Assembly (NCBI RefSeq): GCF_041146345.1
Contig: NW_027191406.1
Span: 620,001 to 684,000 of the forward strand
DNA: 64,000 nucleotides
DNA from: Neodothiora populina
Taxonomy: Eukaryota
Direction of reading: 5' to 3'
A program made the position numbers and the translations under genes. The notes under the pieces are model-generated. The model ran no database searches. It was not told where the DNA came from and was given only the letters and a program-made list of their open reading frames with translations. The first letter of the stretch is position 1. Every line of letters starts with the position of its first letter. Positions 45,646-58,052 of this stretch are shown one piece after another.

Positions 45646-47979
45646 ATGGCGCAAGTCAACACATCACCGCCCACGATGCCTTCTGGCAAGAAGCGAATCG
45701 CCGTCATGACCTCTGGAGGTGATGCTCAGGGTATGTCTGGAGCTGTCAGAGCCGTCGTGCGTCAGACCATTGCTTCTGGCTGTGATGCCTTTGCCGTGTA
45801 CGAGGGCTACGAGGGTCTCGTCAAGGGGGGAGACATGATCAGACACATGTACTGGGAAGACGTGCGTGGCTGGCTCTCCGAGGGAGGCACTCTGATCGGT
45901 ACCGCACGATGCATGGAGTTCAAGGAACGTGCCGGTCGTCTACAAGCGGCCAAGAACATGATTGCCAAGGGCATCGATGCACTTATTGTGTGCGGAGGTG
46001 ACGGCAGTTTGACCGGAGCAGATAGATTCAGAGAAGAGTGGCCCAGTCTCGTCGAGGAGCTGGTCACCACAAAGGTCTACACGGCAGAGGAAGTCAAGCC
46101 CTTCCAGCACCTCAACATTGTCGGCCTGGTCGGCAGTATCGACAATGACATGAGCAGCACAGATGCCACCATTGGCTGCTACTCGTCCCTGCAGAGAATC
46201 TGCCAGGCTGTCGACTACATTGACGCAACCGCCTTTTCCCACCAGAGAGCCTTCGTCATCGAGGTCATGGGCAGACACTGTGGATGGCTCGCACTCATGG
46301 CCGGTGTCAGCACCGGTGCCGACTTTGTCTTCCTGCCCGAACAGCCCCCGTCGGAGAACTGGGAGGAGGAGATGTGTGGCATTATCAAGAAGCATCGCTC
46401 GCTCGGAAAGAGAAAGACGATTGTCATTGTCGCCGAGGGCGCTCACGACGCCAACCTCAACCACATCGCGCCCAACAAGGTCAAGGATCTTCTATCGAAC
46501 AAGCTCGGACTCGACACCAGAGTCACCACTCTCGGCCACGTTCAAAGAGGAGGAACTGCGTGCGCTTACGACCGTATGCTCGCCACTCTGCAGGGTGTCG
46601 AGGCTGTCAAGGCCGTCCTCGACTCTACTCCTGATACTCCTAGCCCCGTTATTTGCATTGTCGAGAACAAGATTGTCCGCAAGCCCCTGGTCGAGGCTGT
46701 CAGACTTACCAATTTGGTCGCAGAGGCGATTGGCAAGAAGGACTTCAAGACGGCAATGAAGCTACGAGACGCCGAGTTCTCCGAGTACTTTAATGCCTAC
46801 AACATCACCACTGACACCGAGGACCCGGCACTTCTACTGCCTGTCGAGAAGCGTCGTCGCATCGGTATCATCCACGTCGGTGCCCCTGCCGGTGGTATGA
46901 ACGCAGCCACTCGCGCCGCCACCGCCTACTGCCTCACCCGCGGCCACACTCCCATCGCTCTGCACAACGGCTTCCCTGGTTTCGTCCGCCACCACGATGA
47001 CAAGCCCATCAGTTCCGTCGAGGTCATCTCTTGGCTCGACGCCGAGAGCTGGGCCAGCAAGGGTGGTTCTGAGATCGGCACCAACCGTGCCCTGCCCTCG
47101 GAGTGCGGTTTCGAACACACAGCCAAGGCTCTCGAGAAGCACAACATCGACGCCCTTTTCGTTGTCGGTGGTTTCGAAGCCTTCCACGCCGTCAGTGAGC
47201 TTCGCCAGGCGAGAGCCAACTACGAGGCCTTCAAGATCCCCATGGTCATCCTTCCCGCCACTGTCTCCAACAACGTGCCCGGTACCGAGTACTCTATTGG
47301 CAGCGACACTTGCCTGAACGCTCTTATCGACTACTGTGACGCCATCAAGCAATCCGCTGCTGCTTCAAGAAGACGTGTCTTCGTCGTCGAGACCCAGGGT
47401 GGTGCTTCCGGATACGTCGCTACCATTGCCGGTCTGTCCATCGGAGCCGTCGCCGTCTACACGCCCGAGGAGGGTATCCACCTCAAGATGCTCGCCAACG
47501 ACATCGCCCAGCTCAAGGAGCAATTCGCAAAGGACAGGGGCCAGAACCGCTCGGGAAAGATCATCCTGCGCAACGAGAAGGCCAGCAAGACATACACGAC
47601 CGAGATCATCGCCAACATCTTCAAGGAGGAGTCAGGCGGCAAGTTCGACTCGCGTTTCGCAGTGCCCGGACACGTGCAGCAGGGTGGCATTCCCTCGCCC
47701 ATGGATCGCGTGCGTGCGGTGAGATTCGGAGTCAAGTCATTGCAGCACATTGAGCAGTTCATCGGCAAGACGCCCGACGAGATCGCCGCCGACCCGATGA
47801 GCGCGGCGGTGATTGGTATCGTCGGAGCCAAGGTCAAGTTCAGCGCGATGAGGCAGGTCGAGGAAGAGGAGACGGACTGGAAGGACCGCAGGCCGAAGAA
47901 CGAGTTCTGGATCGATCTGTCCAAGATTGTCGACACGCTCAGTGGCCGCAAGAAGCCCGTGAACGAGGAGATTGCGTGA
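45646..47979 (+). CDS. pfkA: ATP-dependent 6-phosphofructokinase, single exon
   Basis: [45 protein letters not shown] and a duplicated regulatory half (SNNVPGT, GHVQQGG). Confidence 0.97.
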   Translation: MAQVNTSPPTMPSGKKRIAVMTSGGDAQGMSGAVRAVVRQTIASGCDAFAVYEGYEGLVKGGDMIRHMYWEDVRGWLSEGGTLIGTARCMEFKERAGRLQAAKNMIAKGIDALIVCGGDGSLTGADRFREEWPSLVEELVTTKVYTAEEVKPFQHLNIVGLVGSIDNDMSSTDATIGCYSSLQRICQAVDYIDATAFSHQRAFVIEVMGRHCGWLALMAGVSTGADFVFLPEQPPSENWEEEMCGIIKKHRSLGKRKTIVIVAEGAHDANLNHIAPNKVKDLLSNKLGLDTRVTTLGHVQRGGTACAYDRMLATLQGVEAVKAVLDSTPDTPSPVICIVENKIVRKPLVEAVRLTNLVAEAIGKKDFKTAMKLRDAEFSEYFNAYNITTDTEDPALLLPVEKRRRIGIIHVGAPAGGMNAATRAATAYCLTRGHTPIALHNGFPGFVRHHDDKPISSVEVISWLDAESWASKGGSEIGTNRALPSECGFEHTAKALEKHNIDALFVVGGFEAFHAVSELRQARANYEAFKIPMVILPATVSNNVPGTEYSIGSDTCLNALIDYCDAIKQSAAASRRRVFVVETQGGASGYVATIAGLSIGAVAVYTPEEGIHLKMLANDIAQLKEQFAKDRGQNRSGKIILRNEKASKTYTTEIIANIFKEESGGKFDSRFAVPGHVQQGGIPSPMDRVRAVRFGVKSLQHIEQFIGKTPDEIAADPMSAAVIGIVGAKVKFSAMRQVEEEETDWKDRRPKNEFWIDLSKIVDTLSGRKKPVNEEIA

Positions 47980-48307
47980 GCGTTTGAATGAACTGAAATA
48001 AAATCAATGAAGACTTTTCGAATAATGGCTTCTTCCTTTTCTTCTGGTTTTGGTTCTCATGTTTTCTTTTTTCTGCATGCATGCATGCATGCATGACTTT
48101 ACGGCACATGGATATTGTCTTCAATCTCTGGAGGGGAGGGGCAGGAGACGGCAAAGTAGACGAACAAAACAAGAAGATACAATAAACTCAAAGGGTGCCG
48201 CAACAATGATTCTCTTGGTGAGAAAAAATGTCATTCACATCTTCTGTACTCTGTTATCGGCGGTTAGGATTTTCCCTGTCTTATTCTTGAGGGCCTAGGT
48301 GAGGCGA

Positions 48308-49558
48308 TCAAGTATTCCCAAAGACAAAGACGCCCTTGCCATGCCTGAACCCATCCAGAGTCCCCTGAACGGCCTCGATGAGCGTCTCGCCCTTGGTCTC
48401 ATAATCCCACCTCGTCTCGCTGACGGGCACATCCACGAACTTCTTCTCTCGAGTGAGCTGCAAAACATGTTCCAGCGTTTTGGCTTTTTGTTCAGGATGC
48501 GCCTCGGCCCACCGACTGACCCAGAAGCCATCGAAGCCGATATCCTTGAAGATCTGCAGACTGGCAGGCACAGAGACGGGCTTGCGCGACATGGCGCCGT
48601 ACGTGACGACTCGCGAGCTGTCCGCCAGGATCTTGGCCATGCTGTTGACCAGCGGGCCGCCGACGCAGTTGAGCGCCAGACGCACCTTCTCGCGCCCGCC
48701 GTTCGTCCACTCTGCCACTTGGCTGCGGAACTCTCGAGACTGCGCTTCGGCGTCTGTGATGACTATGTCTGCGCCCAGAGCCAATAGCTCGTTTTTCGTT
48801 CTCTCCGTCTCCGCCTCGTCGGCGCGTGCTCTGATGATGTTGATGCTCTTGTAGCCCCATAACTTGCCGAGCTGGATCGCGGCGCGGCCGACGCCCGAGT
48901 TGGCGCCGTTTTGTATGAACCAGTCGTTCTTGTCCGGGTTTGGAGAGACAAAGTCGAGCAGCATGCGATAGGCGGTGCACGGGTTTATGCTGGCGGTGCC
49001 GACCTGCACGGGCGACAGGTCGGTCTTGTCGGTTATGCGCACGAGGTTCTCGACCGTCGTCTGCGCGTGTGTGCGCCAGGTTCCGAAGCCCGGTAGCCGC
49101 ATGACGACCCAGTCGCCTCGGGAGAAGTTCTTGACGTTGCCGCCGACGCTTAGCACTTCTGCCACGCCCTCGTTGCCGCCGACTGCTGTGGGCTCTGGCG
49201 CGCCCAGGGTCGTGCTGAAGGTTGGTCTCGAGGGGTACACGCCTTGGATCTGGTTGATGTCTGCTGGGTTGATGGGCGAGGCTAGGAAGCGGAGCGTAAC
49301 GAGGTCTTTGGACGCGGGAGGGATTGAGTGTGAGTGCAGTTTTAGAACGTCCTTTGGTTCGCCGTATTGCGTAAAGGCGAGCGCTTTGGTCTGCTCGTAG
49401 CCGTACGCTGAGAGGTGTCTTTTGGCTGTCATCGTCGTTGTTCTTGCGATTGTGGGTTGCGTTGCAGCATGGCGTAGTAGTGGTGATGATGATGATAGTG
49501 AAGAGCTGCAGCCGAGACTACTCGGTGCTTTGGTGAATTGTCGTAGTGCTAACGACAT
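48308..49558 (-). CDS. ETR1: Mitochondrial 2-enoyl thioester (enoyl-ACP) reductase, MDR family
   Basis: ASPINPADINQIQGVYP, NPCTAYRML, QNGANSGVG, TYGAMS and GFWV. Ser/Thr/Arg-rich presequence from the ATG at 49558. Confidence 0.93.
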   Translation of the reverse strand: MSLALRQFTKAPSSLGCSSSLSSSSPLLRHAATQPTIARTTTMTAKRHLSAYGYEQTKALAFTQYGEPKDVLKLHSHSIPPASKDLVTLRFLASPINPADINQIQGVYPSRPTFSTTLGAPEPTAVGGNEGVAEVLSVGGNVKNFSRGDWVVMRLPGFGTWRTHAQTTVENLVRITDKTDLSPVQVGTASINPCTAYRMLLDFVSPNPDKNDWFIQNGANSGVGRAAIQLGKLWGYKSINIIRARADEAETERTKNELLALGADIVITDAEAQSREFRSQVAEWTNGGREKVRLALNCVGGPLVNSMAKILADSSRVVTYGAMSRKPVSVPASLQIFKDIGFDGFWVSRWAEAHPEQKAKTLEHVLQLTREKKFVDVPVSETRWDYETKGETLIEAVQGTLDGFRHGKGVFVFGNT

Positions 49559-50373
49559 AATGGATCCTCGAGTCGAAGAGAAGAGTCGAGTTTTGTCGTG
49601 GTGTGATGGTGTATGGTAGAATGATTGACTGATTTGGTTAGACCTTCTCAGACAGGTTACTGTAAGTCCGCCAGCCGACCACTGAACAAACAATGACGTC
49701 GCCCGCCATGTTCCGACGCCAAGCTCCTCTCCACTCCTCCGGCCCTCTTCCTCCGCCCCAGCTAACACGATACCTACCGCCTGGCAGTAATGCGCCTCAT
49801 GCAGAGGGGCCTTCCCTGGACTCTATCGCTAACACCGCAATGGTCGTCGCCAGTACACACGGATATCACTCTGGACAGGTACAAGCACAAGGATACTGGC
49901 TGTTCTGTACTCATGCCCATCTCGCCAGCACTAGAATTGTAGAAACAAGAAAATTGACGTGCGGTAACGTGGTCAACCTGATAAGACGACTCACTCCCTC
50001 TCCCCTGTATCTGTCTATGTGCTGGAAGGTACTTATACATCCATAGTCCTCTTGTATGAGATATACAAGACCCTTGCAGTATCAAGAGATAAGGTAAAAA
50101 AGCAGGAAGCAGCGAAGCGAGGACAAGATGTGACGATAACAAATCAATTGTTTGTCTAGCCGCAAGTGGCTAGTCTGTGCTCGAACTAGTTGCTTGAGGA
50201 GCATGTGGCAATCACTAGGTAATCGAGCGTTGGTTACAGTGTCTACTGTGTGGACTTGAAGAGCTGATTGGAGAACGATCACCCATTCATACGGCAACGA
50301 GAACAGCAAGCATATCAATGACAAGTAAAAGGAACTCCACAGCAGAACTGACGACAAGACCCAATCCCCAGAA

Positions 50374-51660
50374 TCACTGATGCTCATGATACCGCCGACA
50401 CATACCTCTAAGCCACGGCTTACAAGCACCAATCTCGCCACTGGCACCAATGGCCGCAAACGACGTTGTAGCCCTGGTTTGGAAGAAAGAAGAACCCAGC
50501 ACCCTCTCGTTAGTGCCACCTCTCCCTCCTCCTCCTGAACCCTCTATTCCGCCCTCAGAGTAAGTAGGAGGTTGACAAAGCGCGCGAACACAACTCCCGC
50601 AAAACGCCCTCTCGCAGACCTCGCAGCGCTCGCTGTTGATGACATGTGCATCCACCGCCGACGACGACGGTCCACCACCACCAGGTCTGATGAGTTCCCT
50701 GCACGCCTCGCATGCCTTCGTGTACGGCCACGTATCCGGCTTCCACGGCACGAGAGCATGGCGATCGAGATTCTCGATGCCAGGTCTCTTGAGCTTGACG
50801 ACCAGCTCTCTCAGGAAGCGAGGGTGCCATTCGTCCTTGTGCGTTTCGAGCAACTTGTCTGTCTTCTTGTATGCGAAGAGGTCGAGGATCAGACGGCGGG
50901 TGGGCGCCGAGTCGCGCATCGTCGAGTCGTACAGGATCCATGTGTCCGAGGGGGTTGGTACGCTGTTGGTTGATTCTGATAGCCGCGCGATCGTGTCTAG
51001 GATGTGGTTGTTTAGCGCCAAGGACAGGAGACGGTCGGATAGGCTGTAGAGGTCGAGAAGCAGGAAGTATTTGGGGGAGCCGTGCGAGTTGCGCAGATCG
51101 CCGTCTGAATGTGTAATGGTCCAGTGTGGGCTAGAAGGAGGAAATGGAGAATAAGGGGTTGTCGGGCTGTGAAAGGAGTGACGGGTCGACGACGACATGC
51201 CCGGGCCGGCGTTGTGCAGTCGCAGACCCCATCGACTTGTGTCTGGCATGGCTGGCGCAGCTTCATTGCAGGCAGGTGACAGGGCGGACGGAGTGGTCAA
51301 GCATCCTGTGTACAGCCACCAGATGAACCACTCGAAAACCTCCGGCTTCTCTTCTGGCAGTCTCACCGTCTGATCTAGGCCCTCGGTAAAGGTCCCGTTC
51401 AGTGCAGCAGCGAAAAAGGGTGAGGCCGATGTCAAGAGTTCGCGGTGGATGGTGTATGTAGTTGGACCATGACTGCCTTTAGTCGATGCTGATCCCACGA
51501 CAACGGTAGCAATCGAGTTGAAGCCCTTGAAGCTTGTGCGCAGGTTGTAGCGTGGTTGAGGATATTGAGCTGTTGGAGCGCACCGCAGGCTTGGTAGGGG
51601 TCCCTCACATGCACATAGCAGCTCGGAAGGTGTTGGCGATGGTTGCAGATCCTCTGCCAT
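50374..51660 (-). CDS. BTB/POZ-domain protein with C-terminal Cys-rich (zinc-finger-like) region; start uncertain, frame is open to 51822
   Basis: YTIHRELLTSASPFFAAALNGTFTEG..VRLPEEKPEVFEWFIWWLYTG is a fungal BTB domain. C-terminal CEAC..CEVC..CGSC..C..CRRYHEH. Confidence 0.8.
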   Translation of the reverse strand: MAEDLQPSPTPSELLCACEGPLPSLRCAPTAQYPQPRYNLRTSFKGFNSIATVVVGSASTKGSHGPTTYTIHRELLTSASPFFAAALNGTFTEGLDQTVRLPEEKPEVFEWFIWWLYTGCLTTPSALSPACNEAAPAMPDTSRWGLRLHNAGPGMSSSTRHSFHSPTTPYSPFPPSSPHWTITHSDGDLRNSHGSPKYFLLLDLYSLSDRLLSLALNNHILDTIARLSESTNSVPTPSDTWILYDSTMRDSAPTRRLILDLFAYKKTDKLLETHKDEWHPRFLRELVVKLKRPGIENLDRHALVPWKPDTWPYTKACEACRELIRPGGGGPSSSAVDAHVINSERCEVCERAFCGSCVRALCQPPTYSEGGIEGSGGGGRGGTNERVLGSSFFQTRATTSFAAIGASGEIGACKPWLRGMCRRYHEHQ

Positions 51661-52307
51661 GGTCATGCAAGGGAGCAGAAGACTCTCGCGCAGGTAGATG
51701 GGCATGCAATCGTGCAGTTTCACCCCCCAATTGCACTCGTTGCCACGTAGATTGTACGTATCGAATCTCACTGCACCAGGGCAATAGCAATCTGCCAGAA
51801 CAACCTGCGTCTGAGGGACCATGGGACTAAGAGGCAGGGGAAGTCGTGATAAGTATCGAGATTGCGCTGCATGGTGTCTGACTTCCAGATCTCTTTGTTA
51901 AACATGCAAGCGTGTTTGTCAAACTGCCGAAAACGGACAGCTTCACTCTCACCTTTAGCTTCCCATCGACCGGATTTGTGCAGGCGTATGTACGCTTGGA
52001 TTATTCACATTTGGCCGAAAGGGGGTTGGAACGGAGGACAAGAGAGTGTGCGTGGCAAGAAAGATGGCAATTTTGGAACAGCACGAGAAAACCCACTGGG
52101 AACATAGGAATGTGCGCAGCGTACCTGCAGTTGCTAACATATTCTTATGGAATGCATCCACTTTAGGAAACCATCCGTTTCGGTAAAAGTACAAAATAAA
52201 AAAAACCCAATTGCTTTTTTGGTATGCCACTTGACAATATGTTCGCTCTAGTGGGAACGCAAAAAATATCGAGATCTTGAGCTATAATCGAGGAAGTGGT
52301 CAAAGCC

Positions 52308-53866
52308 CTACTTCTGACCTGCCTGCACTTGACCTGAACCGGGGGTGTTAGCAGAATTAAACTACTGCGGCGGAATAAAGAAAACTCACCAAGACGAGAG
52401 TAGAGCATGAACAATGCCATCTGGTTGCACTCTTGTGTACCAGTAATCGTGACGAGACGCTCGTTGCTGTTATCCTGAGGTTCGTTGATTTTGATCACAC
52501 TTCCGGAAAGCTGTCTGATCTCATTGATCTTGGCGCCACCCTTACCGATGATGGCACCAACCATGTCGTTGGGAATGAAAATCTGCTGGGTCAGAGGCTG
52601 GCCGGGTACCATGCCCTGCACAGGTTGTTGTGGAGGACCTGCGTGGCCGGCCGAAGGTGCGCCACCGTGAGCACCGTAAGGAGTCGGCGCCTGGGGACCG
52701 ACACCGACATAGGGCTGAGGTTGACGTGGAGAGGCGGCGCTGTAATGGATAGGTGCAGCTGGGTGCGGCTGTGCGGGCTGGGCATAGGCGGGTTGCATGC
52801 CATAGCCTGCCTGTGGGGCGCGCTGTGCAGGGTTTTGGCGACGGAAGTTGTCAGGAGGTCCCCATTGGCCGCCAGCGGGCTGTGGAACGTAGGGTACCAC
52901 CTGCATACCACCGGGCACAACACCGGCGGGAGCGCCGCTGCGTGTGGCGTAGGCTGAAGCTGCAGCGCCGCCAAATCGTTCGGTCAGCTGTTCAACGAGG
53001 GTGCTACCGACGTAGTAAGTGGCAATGTGGACGGCATCTGCAACACCAAGAACGACAAGAGAGCGCTCGGTGGAAAGAGGAAGACAAGAGTCAGAGGCAT
53101 TCAAACGAGCACCGGAGGCTTCCTGAATCTCGCGTATCCTCACACCGCCCTTGCCAATGATGGAGCCGATCAAAATGTGAGGGATCAGTAGGCGGAGCGG
53201 ATATGTCTTTGACTGGGGTGTCGAAGCAGCCTCGAGGGGCTCCATGTTGAGAGTGCGAATAATGAGACCAAAGGCCTTTGCCACGGCATCGACAAGACCG
53301 CTGACGGTCAGAATGCGCTCTACGGCACCTCTGGAGTAGTCACTGACAGTACACTTTGCACCACTCATACGACGGATCTGAGTGACATTCTCACCACCTT
53401 TTCCGATGACAGTAGCTGCCTCGGCACTGGAGATGATGGCTCTTACGTGCAGCCAGTTGCTCTCGTCCTGTTGGTGGTATGCACCTTGATCCTGTGCGGC
53501 GTGAGAGCCGTTGGCGGCGCTAGACTGGATAGGTTGGGTCTCGAGGACTTGGGCAGCCGAGGGCATTCCAGAAGGGGGAGCATCGGGAACGACAGTGTCG
53601 CCTTGGCCGTCTGTGGCACCATTGGTCGAGGCAGGTGCTTCTGAAGTGGTGGTGGTGGCGGCGGCGGCGACTTCTGTCTCGGGCTTTTCCACAGTCTCTC
53701 CTGCGGCGGCCGGAGCAGCTGTGGGCTCTACAGTCTCTTGCGGCTCTTTCTTGTCCAGGGCGGGTCTCTTTGCGTCAGGCTGGTCGGTAGGGCCATTGGG
53801 CGATGAAGGTTCCTCAAGGGGCCGCTTCTGCGAGGGAGCGGTAGTGGGAGCTGGTGATGCTGGCAT
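52308..53866 (-). CDS. Triple-KH-domain RNA-binding protein (hnRNP K/Pbp2/Hek2/Rnc1 family); exons 53866-52390, 52333-52308 (last exon tentative)
   Basis: Three KH GxxG loops: VIGKGGENV, IIGKGGVRI, IIGKGGAKI. Intron GTGAGT..GCTAAC..CAG gives the end LYSRL|GQVQAGQK*. Confidence 0.9.
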
Positions 53867-54793
53867 TTTGATGTGTAGTGTGGGGTGTTTGCGTCGAATC
53901 AGAGGCGTGGTTTACGTTCAAGCCTTCAGTTTCAAATTTATTTGCACCGACGGTCAAGTCGCGAACGGGAAAGTGAAGTTGTTATGGAAGCTTGTTTTGT
54001 TTATTTCGCAGATCTTAAAGTACAGATTAAGGGGCTTTTCTGGTGGTCGGAGAAAGAAACGGTGTCGGGCGGATTCTTGTAAAAGGTGTTGGAAAGCGGA
54101 TGGAAGACGACGAGGACGCAGAGAAGAGGATGGTGGTGATGGTGGATCAAGGCTCGCCAGCAAAGTGTAAGACGGGAGATGAGTCTGTAGCAGTGTGCGG
54201 TGCTGTACTGATGGAGTGTACTTGGAGTATACTGTGCTATGCAGGGCAGCTGATGTTTGAGTGGTGGTGGTAATGGTGGTAGAGTTGTGCTGCAGAGAGA
54301 GGTTCGGCTAATGGACCGAGGGTAAGATGGTGGGCAGCAGAAGGAAGGCTGTCAATGTTTCGCAGGAGAGAATCTCTGACTCGGACGCAGATGATTCCGT
54401 GTATACTCGGAAGAGGTGCTGGTGATGGCAAGATAGAGGCAGAGATATGAAGGTTTTTTTTGGAGAAGTGCGATGTGCGATATACGGAAGGCGCAGAGCT
54501 AAGAAACCTCGAATCCACCTGCCAAACCTTTGATCGCGTTACGTCAAGGCGAATGAACGCTGATGTGGCGCGAGAAGAGAAGAAAGAAGAGAAGAGGGGG
54601 GGAACCGAAAGACAAGAGAGAGCAGAAGGGAAACGTCACTCGATGTGATGTAGTGGACGATGTAGAGATGGGTGTTGTACCTTGGGGGATGAGGTAAGTG
54701 TAGAGGCAAGTGCAGGAGGAGCAACTAAGGTACGGCACAAGTAGAGTAAGGTAGGTACGCTATGTCGTTTTGAGGAGGCTCAGAGCAAATAAG

Positions 54794-54823
54794 AGCAAAG
54801 CAAAGCAAAGCAAAGCAAAGCAA
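54794..54823. repeat. (AGCAA)6 pentanucleotide microsatellite
   Basis: Direct reading of the sequence. Confidence 0.9.
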
Positions 54824-55118
54824 AAGCTGGAGTGAGGAGCTTCCCGTGTTCTCTGTCAGGGCTTTGCTTGTCTCTTGTGCGCTTGCGACCATGACTGCGC
54901 TATTTTCTCGAGGGGGCCAGCTGGTATCACGTGCACACTTCGGCTCTTTCGATAACCTTAAGGCAACTCCCAAGGCACCTCACGCGAGGCAGTCGACAAG
55001 GCGCGGCACGAGTCAGGTATTCTACAGTAGATAAAGAAATGTACAGGGCAATAATGAATTCGACGAGTGCCTCCTGCCTCCTGCCTGTGCTTACCTTGAT
55101 CTCGAGGGCTGATCGCGG

Positions 55119-55119
<1 letters not shown>

Positions 55120-55149
<30 letters not shown>
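55120..55149. repeat. (GCT)10 microsatellite in the KH/eIF2A intergenic region
   Basis: Direct reading of the sequence. Confidence 0.92.
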
Positions 55150-55150
<1 letters not shown>

Positions 55151-55860
55151 CGTGTCAGGTACTCTGTGTACCAGAGGATGCCTTGTGTATAATAAGGTAA
55201 GGTGTTTGTGTGTTGTATGTAGTGTGTCCTATCATGTGTACAGTACTAGAAAGTGTGTCAAGTCGAGCCTTGGCGGAGAAGAGAATACCGCTATCAATGT
55301 TCACGGCTGGAATAAATTGGTAATTGGAGTAGCCACCTAGTTGGTGAAGGAAACGAAGTGACTCGGACACACAGATCATATGGCTGCACATGTTGTAGAC
55401 TTCTATCTAACCAGTGTCCCCTTTTGAACGCAGAGTAGACAGAATCAATCACAATATAACAGCAATGATTATAGAAATGGGATCAGTAAAAGTGACGCAT
55501 TATTAGGGTTGTTACCGTGTTGCAGCAGGCACAGCGAAGCAAACCACCACCAATCCCACCCTGCTCCATAGCGTACAAAGACGTCGTCGTCTTCTTCTTC
55601 TCTCCTCCCACGCATCCATCTGCCTCCCCCCCTCTCCCGCCATCTGCACCCTGTCCCTTCAAGTCTGCGTGTTGCTGTCACTATTTCATCCTGAGGTGGA
55701 TTTAACTATTCATTTCAGCCAAGCAACCCAGCCTAGCCTGCCGATTTCTTCGATTCATACCGTACCATCATACCAGCATACCAGCATACCAATTATTCTT
55801 CTCCCTCCCATCGTCACAGTCTTTGTTCACAAGACCCATCACCTGTGGCTTTAACTAGTC

Positions 55861-58052
55861 ATGGCTCAACCGACCCAGCTCGCATGTGAGTATCATGTTG
55901 ATTTCTGATACACATTCATGACATGTGACACATACTGATGATGGCGCTGCACAACAGATCGCACCGCCAAGGGCGTGGGTATCCTCGATGCTGCTCCTGT
56001 CTACGAGAACCTCGCCGGCTTCCAGAGGCCCGAGGGAAACCTCCGTTGCTGCGTATACTCTCCCGACGGCAGATTTTTTGCCTGGGCCTCCCCCGAACAG
56101 GTCACCATCATCGACGCCTCTGTCGGCCACGCCGTCTCCGTCCTGCCGGCGACCAATGTCTTCGAGCTCGGCTTCTCCCCTCTTGGTACCTACATCATCA
56201 CCTGGCAGCGATACTCCAAGGACGAGGACGGCAACGCTACAAAGAACCTGAAGGTCTGGAAGACCATTGACGACGATGCAGGCGCCGAGGGTCAGCGCTC
56301 TGTCGTCGGTCAATTCGTGCAGAAGAACCAGACTGGCTGGAACCTGCAGTACACGCAGGACGAGCAGTTGTGCGCCCGCTGCGTCACCAACGAAGTCCAA
56401 TTCTACCAGCCCTCTGACCTCGGCACTGTGTGGAACAAGCTGCGCGTCGAGGGCGTCCAGGACTTTGCCCTGTCTCCTGGCAAGCAGCAGAATGTCGCCG
56501 TCTTTGTGCCTGAGCGAAAGGTAAATCAATAGCCCATAATCAATCATGCAAAGCATCGTCGCTGACGTGTCTTGCAACTCTACAGGGTCAACCCGCTGCC
56601 GTCAAGGTCTACAACGTCCCACAGTTCAACCTCCCCGTCTCCCAGAAGACGTTCTTCAAGGGCGACAAGGTCCAATTGAAGTGGAACAACCTTGGAACCA
56701 GCGTCATTGTCCTCGCCCAGACCGAGGTCGACAAGACCAACAAGAGTTACTACGGCGAGACCAACATGTACATCCTCAGCTCCAATGGATCCTTCGACGC
56801 TAGAATCCACCTCGACAAGGACGGACCCATCCACGATGTCTCCTGGTCTCCCAACTCAAAGGAGTTTGGTGTCGTCTACGGCTATATGCCCGCCAAGACG
56901 ACCATCTTCAACCAGCGCGCTGTCGCTCAGCACAGCTTCAACCTGGCCCCTCGCAACACCATCATTTTCTCGCCCCATGGCCGCTTCGTCATCGTCGCCG
57001 GTTTCGGCAACCTGGCTGGTCAGATGGACATCTACGATATGGAGAAGAACCACACCAAGATCTGCACCATCGAGGGTAGCAACACCAGCGTCTGCGAGTG
57101 GTCGCCAGATGGCAAGCACATCTTGGCTGCCACCACCAGTCCCAGACTCCGTGTTGACAACGGTATCCGCATCTGGCACGTCAGCGGTGCCTTCATGTAC
57201 AACGAGGACATCAACGAGTTGTACCACGTCACTTGGCGCCCTCAGTCGGCCGATCAATTCCCGCTCGGCAACCCTCTGAGTCCCGTCCCTGCTCCTCACC
57301 CTTCGGCAGCATCATTTCTTGCTACCAAGAAGACACCTTCCAAGCCTGTCGGTGCTTACAGGCCCCCTGGTGCTCGTGGTACCTCGACTCCTCTGCATTT
57401 CAAGCGTGAGGACGAGGGCGGCGCCGCTTTCATCAACACTGGAATCTCCTCGACCAACGTCGGATCCAATGGCTTTGGCAAGCCCAGGAGACGCGAGGTG
57501 CCCGGTGCCGAAGCTGTTGACCAGCTGCCGCCCGGCGCCGCTCCTGGTGGAGGTGTCAGCTTGACCGGCACTGCAGAGGGTGACGAGAACCTCAGCAAGG
57601 CTGCCCTCAAGAACAAGAAGAAGCGCGAGGCGAAGAAGGCCAAGGAGGCCGAGGCCAAAGCCGCCGGATTGGCTCCTGAGACCAACGGAGACGGTCGTCC
57701 CCGAAGTCGCTCAAAGTCAGGTCGTGATGGCTCTCGCAGCCACTCTCGCCGTCGCGAGGGTGACGGTGGAGCACAAGCCAGCCACAGACAAAACAACAAA
57801 CCCGCGCAAGCACCCGTGACTGCTGCAGCTCCCGCACCCGCCGCTGCCGCTCCTGCCATAGACGTCACCAGCCCCGCCGATGGCTCGCCTCAGGACAAGA
57901 AGATTAGAGCTCTCCTCAAGAAGCTTCGCGCCATTGACGACTTGAAGATGCGTCAAGCTGGCGGCGAGAAATTGGAGGGCACTCAGGTCATGAAGATCGG
58001 AACCGAGGAGGGTGTGAGGAAAGAACTGAATGCTCTTGGTTATAACGAGTAG
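55861..58052 (+). CDS. eIF2A: Eukaryotic translation initiation factor 2A; exons 55861-55885, 55958-56520, 56586-58052
   Basis: EVDKTNKSYYGET, GPIHDVSWSP, FGVVYGYMPAK, AGFGNLAG, TTSPRLRVDNG, AYRPPGAR and KKIRALLKKLRAIDDLK. Confidence 0.96.

Noticed and set aside
49559..49768. 70-aa N-terminal extension of ETR1 in the ORF track
   Set aside because: Non-ATG start; the ATG at 49558 begins a typical mitochondrial presequence.
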